Source: Lama guanicoe (Eukaryota). From it: DNA of 20,000 bases. The notes beneath the pieces are model-generated. The model saw nothing but the letters and a program-made list of their open reading frames with translations. It had not been told where the DNA came from and searched no databases. The DNA lies in contig MU053418.1 in NCBI GenBank assembly GCA_013239625.1, forward strand, positions 355,438 through 375,437. The letters run 5' to 3'. The translations under genes and the position numbers were made by a program. Positions 11,100 through 20,000 of this stretch are shown here, piece after piece (positions within the stretch are counted from its first letter, which is position 1; each line of letters opens with the position of its first letter).

Positions 11100-11930
11100 C
11101 CTGACCACTGGCGTCCCCAGTTCCCGGTGGGCTCGGCGCAGGCGTCCATCTTCTGTCACCTAACACGTTACTGCATCTGTTTGCGGAGACACCTGCTTCT
11201 CCCACTGGATGTTAAGTCCCGGACAAGGTCCTCGGCTGTGGCTGACCGGATCCCCGGGGTCCTCCGGGGTCCTCCGCTGCTGCAGCCAGCCTGCCCGGCT
11301 CTGCAGGGCAGCCCCTCTCCCAGGAACCGACCACGGTGTCACAACCCTTGCTGCCCTAACACCCAGCCCTGCTGCCGGGCCAGCAAATGCTGTGGGACTG
11401 GGCAGGACGCGTGTTCTCCTCTGGGCGTCGTAGTTTCCCCATGCATAATGTAAACAAACGAGGTCGTCGTAGCTCTGATCCCGTGTGCCTTTCGGATGGT
11501 AAGCGGTGTGGGGTCGGTGTAAGCCTAGAGGGGCCACCCAGTGAGAGCGAGTGTGCGGGCACGCGTGCGAGTGCGGGTGAGAGTGTGTTCGAGTGCGCCG
11601 CGCGCACGTGCGTGTATAGGTGCGCGTCTGTGTGCTCAAAGAGAGGACGGCCCTTCCTCCAAGCAAAGCGGGAGACTCTTTCTCTTACCCCCCTGGGGGG
11701 ATAGAGGAAAGGACGAGGATGGTTCGGTGAAGAGCGGTGGGGGTCGCTCTTCCCGGGATGCGCGCGCCGCGGGGCTCGGGCTGCGCTCCCCGCCCTTGTC
11801 CCCGGGAGCTACACGCAGGGGCCAGGAGGGGGCGCCGCAGACAAGCAAACGCGCGGGGACGGCAGGCGGGCCTTCTGACTGCCGGGGAGGTGCAGCCCTC
11901 GACGCTGAGCCATGCCTGCGGATGACAAAG
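11100..11930. promoter_or_regulatory. CpG island / candidate promoter
   Basis: Visibly high GC and CpG density against a CpG-depleted background. Sp1-type GC box CTCCCCGCCC at 11786-11795, E-box CACGTG at 11605-11610, forkhead-type TGTAAACA at 11449-11456. CpG o/e not computed. Confidence 0.75.
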
Positions 11931-11939
11931 AGATTATTA

Positions 11940-12165
11940 GTCACGACAATGATGGTTTACTTAGCACTTATGTGTCCAGGCATTGGGCTGACTGCATAAC
12001 ATACGTTGTCCCATTTTATTGCTCCAACATTTGAAACTCTGTATTTTTGGAAATCTGTTATTAAAAAATGCCCGGAGTTGAGTTAAAAGTACTAAAGACC
12101 TGAGCTCTGCTACTCGATAGTTGTGTGACTTTGGTCTTTCAGCCTGAGATTCTTCTACATAAAAT
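11940..12165. mobile_element. Degraded MIR fragments (minus ~11940-12020, plus ~12070-12165)
   Basis: tttacttagcacttatgtgtccaggcattgggct (antisense MIR tail) and gagctctgctactcgatagttgtgtgactttgg (sense MIR core). Confidence 0.45.
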
Positions 12166-12664
12166 AGATTTTTTTCAGCATAACTGTATGTGTGCCCATG
12201 CACACAGGTGTGTGCTCATGCCTGTGTTTCCATGAACGTGTCTCTGTGTGTGCGCTTGCACGTGTACGTTAAGTCTCCCAGGGTTGGAGTTTTAAGAGTC
12301 ACAAGGAGATGCCAGGAAGGAAGTGGACACTAGGAATTTGGTGCCCAGGAGGGAAGCCACGTTCCAGATGCACCGTGGGGTCATGTTTTGGGGCAAGAGG
12401 CTCAGAGCCTGCTTCTGGTCAGGAAAGAGGAGGGTAGGGGCTGGACCAGGGCCGCCCTGTGCTTCAGGGGAGCACGACTGAGAAGATGGCGAGAGTGGTT
12501 GGAGAAGGGAGTGGAAATAGGGGGCACCGAGGAGTGCATAGGCTGCCAGGAGGGCATCTTGGCACCTGGACTAAGGCTGTCCCTTGAGGAGGCTGCTGTT
12601 GGCATTGTGCTTGCGGGACAGAACAGAAGCCCTGGAAGGAGGCCCAGGCAGTATGGACAAGTGG

Positions 12665-12860
12665 GCATAAAACAATGATGGTGCCACTTGAAGGCACCAC
12701 TGAAGCAGGAAGGAGATGGGTTATTCAACAGGCGTGGTTGGGACAACTAGTTAATCCACTGAAAAAACATAAAGTCACTCCTCACACTATGGTTTTAAAT
12801 AAATTTCAGATGTATTAAACCTTTAAATGTCAAAAAGAGGGAAACCTAAAAGAAAAGGCT
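12665..12860 (+). mobile_element. Old L1 ORF2 fragment
   Basis: ttattcaacaggcgtggttgggacaactagttaatcca...cctcacacta...ataaatttcagatgtattaaacctttaaatgt resembles the L1 ORF2 LFNKWCWENW...INSRWIKDLNV coding region. Confidence 0.6.
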
Positions 12861-12959
12861 TATGAGCAGGTGGCTAATTTGGGCTGATCCCAGGAAGCAT
12901 GGGTTAGGGAGTGAGGACGGGCAAGGGCGGCCGAGATGCTGGGGTATTTCTCAGTTTTT

Positions 12960-15900
12960 GTGCATATACTATGTATCTTCATTATGGTCTTTATTACTCT
13001 CTTCCCTCTGTTAGCTCTGGATTTAGTTCTTTTATTTTTATAGTTCTATAAAATGTAAAATTATCTTATTTATTTGAGATCTTTCTTCTTATTTAGTATA
13101 CTGTTTATAGCTCTACATTTTCCCTCTTGTCACCACTTTTGCTGCATCTCATATGTTTTGATATGTTGAGTTTTTATTTTCATTTGTCTCATGGTATTTT
13201 TAAATTTTTCTTGTCATTTCTTCCTTGATCTATTGGTGGTTTAAAATTCTATTGTCTAATATTCACATATTTTTGGATTCTCCAGGTTTCCTTCTATTGG
13301 TGACTTCTCACTTCGTTCCTTTGTTGGAAAAGACACTTAGATGATTTCCATCTTTTAGAATTTCTTTGGACTTACACTGTGGCCTAACGCATGATCTACT
13401 GAGGAGAATATTCCGTGTGCACTTGAAGAAAACCTGCATTCTGTTATTGTTAGCTACAGTATTCTGTGCAAATCTGTTATGTGCAATTGGTTTATAGGGT
13501 TGTTCACATTCTCTCTTACTTTATTTCTCTATTTCCTAATATTACTGTCATGTTGTTCTACCCTTATTGAAAGTTTGGCAATGAAGTCTTCAGCTTTTGT
13601 TGTAAATCTGTCTACTTCTCTCTGAAATTCTTATAGTTGCCTCTTAAATTTTGATATTCTAGCATTTGGTGCATATCTGTTTAAAATTGTTATATTTTCT
13701 TGTTGAATTGACCCTTCTATAAATGTAATGTAATGCCTTTCTTTGCCTTTTATAACAGTTTTTCACTTAAAGTCTACATCTAATATAGTCACCCCAGCTG
13801 TCTTTGGGTTTCTGTTTGCACGGAATATGAATCCTTCCTTTCCTTTCCTTAGTGTCCTTGCATCAGAGTAAGTCTCTTGTAGACGGCATGCATATAAAAT
13901 TTTTTTTTTTTTTAAATCCATTCTGCCAAGCTATGTTGTTTGGAGAGTTTAATCCATTTACATTTGAAGTAATTACTACATGGAAGGGCTTCTGCCACTT
14001 TGTGATTTGTTTTCCTATGTCTTCTAGCTTTTTGTTCCTTATGGTCTTCATTTCTACCTACTTATATATTTACTAGATTATTTTGTAGTGACAGGTTTTG
14101 ATTTTCTTATTTCCTTTGTGTGTATTCTATTATAGATATTTTCTCCGTAATTACATAGGCATTAACTTGGTAAATGCCTGTGGTAAAGTTTAACAGTGGT
14201 AAAGTAACAGGGTAGAGTTTAACAATCTTATTAGAATTGAACTATCTTAACTTCAATCACAGACAAAAACTCTCCTCTTACACTGATGGACATACTATCC
14301 CCCTTTGTGTTATCAGTGTCACAAATTACAGTACCTACTGTGCCCAAAACATTGATTTATAGTGACTTTAATGATTAAACTCTGTAGAGAATAAAATATT
14401 CATTCAAAAGAAGACTTTAATTATACCAGCTTTTATATTTGCTCATGTATTTTGATAACAGAATGTTTTTGTTTATATGACTCCAAGCTGTCATCTGGTG
14501 TGCCTCCACTTTAATCACAAAGACTCCTTTTACCATTTCTTACATGGCAGCTTTAGTGGAAATTAACTCCTTCAGCATCTGTTTATCTGTGAATACCTTA
14601 AATTCTCCCTCACTCATGAAGGACAATTTTGTAGAGTATGACATTCTCAGTTGACTGCATTTTATTTTTTGTAGCACTTTAAATATGTTCTCTATTTCCT
14701 TCTGGCATCAAAGTTTTATGAAGAAAACCTAGCCTCTTCTGTCTTGTTACTTTCAAGATTCTCTCTTAGTCTTTGATTATAATGTGTCTGAGTGTGGATC
14801 TGTTTATTTTATTGCATTTGGGGTTATCTGGGATTAGTGAAATTGCAGGATCATGTATTTCAAGTAATTTTGCACATTTTTGACTGTGATTTTTTTTAAA
14901 AAGATCTTTCACTCCTTTCTTTTATTTCCTTCTATGATGCACACAATATGTATGTTGGTCTTCTAACAGGTGTTCTATAGGTCCCTTAGACTCTGACTAC
15001 TTTTACTCATTCCTTTTCTTTATGCTTCTGACACTCAATAGTATCAATTATCCTATCTTCAACTTTGTTGACTCCTTGCTTTGCTTAGTAAAATCTGTTA
15101 CTGAACCACTCTAATAAAATTTTCAATTTATTATTGCACTTTTCTGCTCCAGAATTTGTGTTTATTTTGTTAATAATTTATGTCCTTGTTGATATTTATT
15201 TTACTCATGTACTGTTGTCTTGATTCCTCTGCTTCTTTGTCTTTATTTTCCCCTTACCTCTGAGCATATTTAAGACAGATGCTTTTAAGTGTTTGTCTAG
15301 TAAGTCTGATGCCTCGCCTGCTTTGGGAATGGTTTCTCTAATTTGATTTAGTTCTTTTTACTGAATAATGATCTCCTATTTCTTTGTATGTTTTGTGATT
15401 TTTTTGTTGAAAATTAGGATTTTCATAATTGTAATAAAAGTAGAATTCACCACAGCTTACTGGGTTGCATTTGCTTTTATCTGTTAATGAAGATGTGGGT
15501 CATAGTCTGTTTATTCTGAAACTTTTCCAAACCATATTTACAAAGAATATTCCCTGTTGTGTGTGATCAATGAAGTTTCTGTTCTTTTAGCTCTTATTCA
15601 GCAAATGTACAGGTGGAGATTTCCTTGAATGCCAGGATCTGAAACAAACATAAAACCATCACAGAATTGTACACACACACACACACACACACACCCATAC
15701 AGAGAGCAGCCACCTCTTTCATTCTTTCGTCCATTCTTTGCAGAATGGTTCTTTGCTGGGGCATCCGTTAGCCCTTAGCCAGATTAGCAGTGAACCTAAG
15801 GATCGCCTAAGGGGAAAGCTTAAGGTCTTCCCAAGGCTTTCCTGAGGATTCTCCTGACCTGGGCACATGTGTCAGCTTCTAAGTTCATCTACATTCACAG

Positions 15901-16260
15901 CTGCTTTTGAATATCCTAGTTGACTCCAGGCAAGAAAGGAGAGTTTTAGGCAATAATTTGTGATTAAGATCTACACTGCTCCCTCTGGATCAAGGACAAC
16001 ATAGAACTGGGCCAGTGGTCAAGACCAAAACTGCCACCATGCCAGGGGAGGAGTGGGGGAAGGGTGGTGAAATATGCATCAAAACTCTCCTACCTTTTTG
16101 AAGTTAGCTGTTTCTTGAATGCGTGTTTGCTTTATCGTTGTAAATGTTTTATCATCTCCTAGAGCTCATACAAAGTGGGTGCTGACAGCTTACGATTGTT
16201 CAATGTATCTACAGGAGAATGAGGGATTCGAGTTTCAGAATCTGCCATTTTGGTGACATC
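12960..16260 (-). mobile_element. Old LINE-1 (L1M) 5' half: 5' UTR, decayed ORF1 and the ORF2 endonuclease start
   Basis: Strongly T-rich + strand. Minus-strand VITSNVNGLNSP (~13940-13980) corresponds to the APE endonuclease N-terminus (ITLNVNGLNSP). The terminus tctgccattttggtgacatc (16241-16260) carries a YY1-like AAAATGGC motif typical of L1 5' ends. Confidence 0.9.
15671..15694. repeat. (AC)12 microsatellite
   Basis: Seen directly, inside the L1 5' region. Confidence 0.95.
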
Positions 16261-16601
16261 CCCCATGCTGCAAGTTTTTATTTACATTTCAGTGGAAATG
16301 CTTGACCATAAATGTAAAATCAAGCAATATTATGTTCATAACAAAAATCTTGAGACTCCTGACCCTCTCCACCCCTCATCTGAGCCCACTCCCCAGAGGA
16401 GGTGCTTACAAATCTTCCAGATATTTCTTCTGGCATTGTGACCGCGTTTCTAACACCACTGTTTCCTGATGTTTGAGGTTTACACATTCTCAACTGTGTT
16501 TTTGATATGCGGGAGGAAATTTTATCTTTCCTATAACTCAGCTCCCCTGCCTGACCTTGCCCCAGCCACTCCCATTCTCCTGGCATAGTTATTGCACTAG
16601 G

Positions 16602-16845
16602 ATGTTTTGGTCTCAAGCTTTAATAGCAGAGATACACTCAAATTTCTGGTGGTCCTTGTCTTTCTACTCCCATTTAAGAGTGGGACACTAAAATATGATG
16701 GAAGCTCTGTGTGCCAGAAGTCCAAGTCTTCCAAACTGTCTCCTTTCTTTAGACCTGTAGGTCCCTGTGACATTTTCCACTGCCAAAGCACCCGTGTGCT
16801 TCGATAAAAACCTTCCTTCAAAATAATCAACCTTTTCCAGAGAAG
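16602..16845 (+). pseudogene. Probable ANTXRL-like exon 1 (signal peptide), disrupted
   Basis: The frame of 16607 reads ...FLVVLVFLLPFKSGTLKYDG...GPCDIFH, resembling the recalled human ANTXRL N-terminus [31 protein letters not shown]. The donor AG|gtgggt at 16846 is phase 2 in this frame, matching the next exon. The ATG at 16602 is out of frame and there is an in-frame TAA at 16805-16807. Confidence 0.5.
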
Positions 16846-17104
16846 GTGGGTGGGTTGAAGACTCTTTGTTTCCTCTGTATCTTCTTTGCAAAATCCTCTT
16901 CACTGAGGGAAAATGCAGATGAGAGGAGTTATGAGAAGGAAAATGGAGAGTGGTGCCAGTAGTTAGGAAAGGAGCTGCCTTGCACTGAAGCATAGAAGCT
17001 CCCACGGAAAAGTCTGCATCGTGGGTGGGTTGACAGTGTCTCATGCTTTGCCGCCCACTATTGTCACACACAGCAGTGTCACCCAGATCTGCCAAGTTCA
17101 CAGG

Positions 17105-17300
17105 GTAGAGTAGATTTTGCAGCTAGATCTGGGTTCAGATCCATGCTAGTCATGGAAATTTTGGAAAATTCCTTGACCTGTGAGAGCTTCCATTTTCTCA
17201 TCTATAAAATGAGAATAATGATTATATCATAGGATTCTTTTGGAACTGTAAGCCATTCGTGAATGTATCTTGTATATACACACTCCATGAATGATAATCC
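17105..17300 (+). mobile_element. MIR SINE
   Basis: agatctgggttcagatcc...ccttgacctgtgagagcttccattttctcatctataaaatgagaataatg...tcataggatt matches the MIR core. Confidence 0.75.
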
Positions 17301-18324
17301 TAGTATTGTTAGAATTATCTATCCTTAACTTACTTGCCATCTCTTGACAGTTGAGATGCAGCCAAAGGGAGGTAGAAGGAATGGAAGAGAGGAGAAGGAT
17401 GCTCTTGGGTATATGGAAGCCACACACATAAATATGACATTCAGGATGTTTAGGGGCATAGTGATCACTAGAGGTGAAATGAAGGAGCTCCCGGGAGTTC
17501 CTCAGACTCACATGTCATCTGAAAGACATGAGCCAACATTCACTGGCAAAGAGCCCAGGACAGGGCACCGTCCTCAGCTCCCCCCTACCATCTGCTGAAC
17601 ATTGACAAGCACTTAGCCAATGAGACGCACATTTGCCCCCTATAACCGGGCTCGTGCAGACCTGCCGAGGTGTGGAATCGCAGGGACATTTGCACCCTGG
17701 CCAGTTCAGCACATCAAGTCCTTCCCACTAGACAGAGGGGTCATGAAGCCTCAACGCCTTCCAGCCTCCTCATTCTCCACTCAGCTACTACAGTGGGAGC
17801 TGATGAGAGTGAGAAACTCAAAGGAGGGATAAGAAGGTCCTGCAGCTTCCTGTGCGTAATGACTCCAGGACAGCAGCATCCCAAACCAAGCTCTGCCTTT
17901 TCCTGTAAGTGTTCCCCAGAAAGGCTTTCTGTGTCCAGAGTGGCTCAGCTTTGCAGTTTGATAAGAAAGAAAGGAAATAAAATAGTCTGAGTAGCACATC
18001 CTCTCCCAGCCAACACCAGGGTGCCTGTTGGTGTGTCAGTAACCAACGCGTCCTCCCTTACTCCTTGTGAATCAACCATCCTGGTTTGCCACCAAAGTCC
18101 CTCATCCCCAAGCATACAAGTCTGGTTGGTCACCCTCCCCACCCCCACACTGATGAAAGCCGTCCCCAGAGTGACCCGCTGACGTTGCTGAGGGAGGGCG
18201 GCAGCCTTCAGCTCCGTGGGGTGGGAAGGAGTTGCTAGAGGGTCTGCTGGAAACTGGGGAGGGAGAAACTGCCCACCCGGTGGAGGTGCTTTATCTCTCG
18301 TAATCAGGTCTTATTTGTTTTCAG

Positions 18325-18396
18325 GTTGAGCGGCGTAGGCGACAAATGGAAGGACATTTACAAAGTAGTGGATAACATGATGAAGTGGCACACAAA
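18325..18396 (+). pseudogene. ANTXRL-like VWA-domain exon (72 nt, phase 2/2) with mutated donor
   Basis: Acceptor ttatttgttttcag (AG 18323-18324). Reads LSGVGDKWKDIYKVVDNMMKWHT(N), aligning without gaps to the recalled [30 protein letters not shown] and ANTXR1 [24 protein letters not shown]. The length matches the family's 72 nt, but the exon is followed by CTacgg instead of GT. Confidence 0.8.
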
Positions 18397-18509
18397 CTAC
18401 GGCTGGTGCTTTGTTCTGCTGGGCAGAGTGCACTCTTGAGACTCGGGAGGCATGGGAGCCCCTCAGGTCAGGAGCGCAGAGCCCAGGGTGGTGACCTGAA
18501 GCACACTGG

Positions 18510-19140
18510 TTCCATCGCTCCCAGCAGCTTTCTTGACTCCTGCCTGGGAGTCAGGCCACATTGTAGAGGACAGAGTCTGTCCAGAGGACCTCACAGATTA
18601 GGAAACAGCCGAACTAGTAGCATATAACTAAACACAGGTCAGATGGTGCCAAGGGCCAAAAGAGGAGTTCAAAGGATTTACTTGCAATTTAAGGAAAAAA
18701 GCAAGTATTCTTAGGGAATAAAAAGGCAAGGATGGCTTCTCAAAGGATGTCAAATTTTGAGCTAGGTCTTGAAGGATAAGAAAAGACAAGTTAACAGGAA
18801 CCATCAAGGAGACTTCCTGTGCAGTGACCCATCTGTTTGGCTGGAAGGCAGGGCTAACTCAGGGGAGGGCTGGCAGAGAGGCTGGACAGGACAGTTTGGG
18901 GCTAAGTCCACGGGGTCATAATGCCAAGCTTCGGGGCTTGGATTTCCTGGGAGCTATAGATGATTTTTAGGTGGGGTCTAACAAAATTATGGTTAGGCTA
19001 CAGGAGAAAAATCTAGTAATTATGGGTAAAATGAGTTGGAGCATAAACTAAGAGAAGATGGAACCCAGGAAGGGACATATGGTAGCAATTTAGCTAAAAG
19101 ATAATGGGGATCAATGGACCAGAAGAGAGTGGAAGAAAAA
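18510..19140 (-). mobile_element. L2 LINE fragment in the ANTXRL-like intron
   Basis: ggatggcttctcaaaggatgtcaaattttgagctaggtcttgaaggataag and ggggtcataatgccaagcttcggggcttggattt...gatttttaggtgggg resemble antisense L2 3' region. Confidence 0.65.
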
Positions 19141-19346
19141 GGGAAAGATATGTATGAATTGTTACTGAGAGGTAGAACAATTTCTTTGAGGTGAGAGGCA
19201 GGCAGGGAAGACAGGCAAGGGGGGAAGTGTGGGAAGTTGAAGTTCCAAAGAATTTTACATTAGAAGAGAGCCCAGGGGAGAGGCCCTCATGCAGGAGCAT
19301 GGGTGCCTGCGCTCTTGTGCACGCAGGGAGAGGGTGCATTTACCTC

Positions 19347-19390
19347 TGTGTGTGTGTTTGTATGTGTGTGTGTGTGTGAGAGAGAGAGAG
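19347..19390. repeat. Compound (TG)n(AG)n microsatellite
   Basis: tgtgtgtgtgtttgtatgtgtgtgtgtgtgtgagagagagagag seen directly. Confidence 0.9.
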
Positions 19391-19635
19391 AAAGACCTGA
19401 GGGTATTGGGGGATAAGGATGGAACATGTTGCCACCCAGACTCTCTCTTCAGCAAGACATCACTTCTTACAGGCCTCCCAACCCTTTACAAAGGGAATGG
19501 GAAATCCCAGGGTTTGGGAAATGGGGCCCAAACAGAAGAGTTGGGGTGGGGAGCAGGGAAATTGGAATGTACCCCCTCCCTCGCTGCTCAGGGGTGTAAT
19601 TTTGAGCTTCTCGCACACACGTGCTTCCTCTCCAG

Positions 19636-19707
19636 CCCTAAATTGCAGGTGTCCTTCATCACCTACTCGCAATACGGCAACGTCCTCATGCCCCTCACCT
19701 CAGACAG
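19636..19707 (+). CDS. ANTXRL: Anthrax toxin receptor-like VWA-domain exon (72 nt, phase 2/2, intact); the gene may be a pseudogene
   Basis: Acceptor ttcctctccag (AG 19634-19635), donor AG|gtaaat (GT 19708-19709). Reads PKLQVSFITYSQYGNVLMPLTSD(R), versus recalled [30 protein letters not shown] and ANTXR1 [24 protein letters not shown]. The symbol denotes the family; orthology is not established. Confidence 0.88.
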
Positions 19708-20000
19708 GTAAATGCTGTTTTAATCCTCTAAGGCAACCCTGGTGGTGAGGTCACAGGGAATTGAGGGGTTCCCTGAGACCTCATGAGGACCCACTGGGTG
19801 TAGGCTGGGCCATCCTGGGCTCCCCTCAAATGCCCACGCTGACCCCCAGCCCCAGCTCCCTGGTTCCCACTGACCCCTGGCTGTGCTGGCACTGGCCGAC
19901 CCCTGTGCTAGACCACCTCTACCCCTCTAAGCCCTGCCCTTCACCTGTCCTGTGTCCTCTCAGTGCTTTTCTGTTTTCCCAGATCGGGCTCGCTGTGAGC

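Noticed and set aside
11127..11999. Several long overlapping ORFs (100-168 aa) on both strands
   Set aside because: Expected from stop-codon scarcity in GC-rich, dinucleotide-repeat sequence. Products are low-complexity with no recognisable family.
12679..12699. Inverted repeat tggtgcc-N7-ggcacca
   Set aside because: A 7-bp stem is expected by chance in 20 kb, and it lies in decayed repeat sequence.
17734..17910. RGHEASTPSSLLIL... segment with a gtaagt donor at 17905 as an alternative ANTXRL exon 1
   Set aside because: Only superficial similarity to the recalled GSHESLGP start, with no ATG at the expected place and no hydrophobic core.
19289..19635. N-terminal part of the 140-aa ORF 19289-19711
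   Set aside because: Intronic sequence including a microsatellite. Only 19636-19707 is exon-like, bounded by AG/GT.
1..20000. CRISPR arrays, operons, tRNA/rRNA genes, intact retroelement ORFs
   Set aside because: None seen. The sequence is intron-containing mammalian DNA and all retroelement ORFs are disrupted.

Overview
Mammalian (eutherian) genomic DNA with no Alu or other recognisable young SINE, and no prokaryotic features. The left end holds the last two coding exons and 3' UTR of BMS1 (ribosome biogenesis GTPase, + strand; 1267-1428 and 1963-2193, intact splice sites). About 14 kb of mostly ancient repeats follow (L1M fragments, MLT1 LTR, MIR), with an orphan CpG island at ~11100-11930. 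The right end holds a gene largely missed by the ORF track: the 5' part of an anthrax-toxin-receptor-like (ANTXRL-type, VWA domain) gene on the + strand. It has two 72-nt phase-2 exons (18325-18396 and 19636-19707) and a probable signal-peptide exon (~16602-16845). This copy looks like a divergent and probably decaying paralog: the exon-2 donor is CT instead of GT, the MIDAS 'SGSV' reads 'LSGV', and exon 1 lacks an in-frame ATG and carries a stop. Exon 3 is still intact. Protein and repeat comparisons are from recalled sequences, not database searches, and repeat boundaries are approximate.
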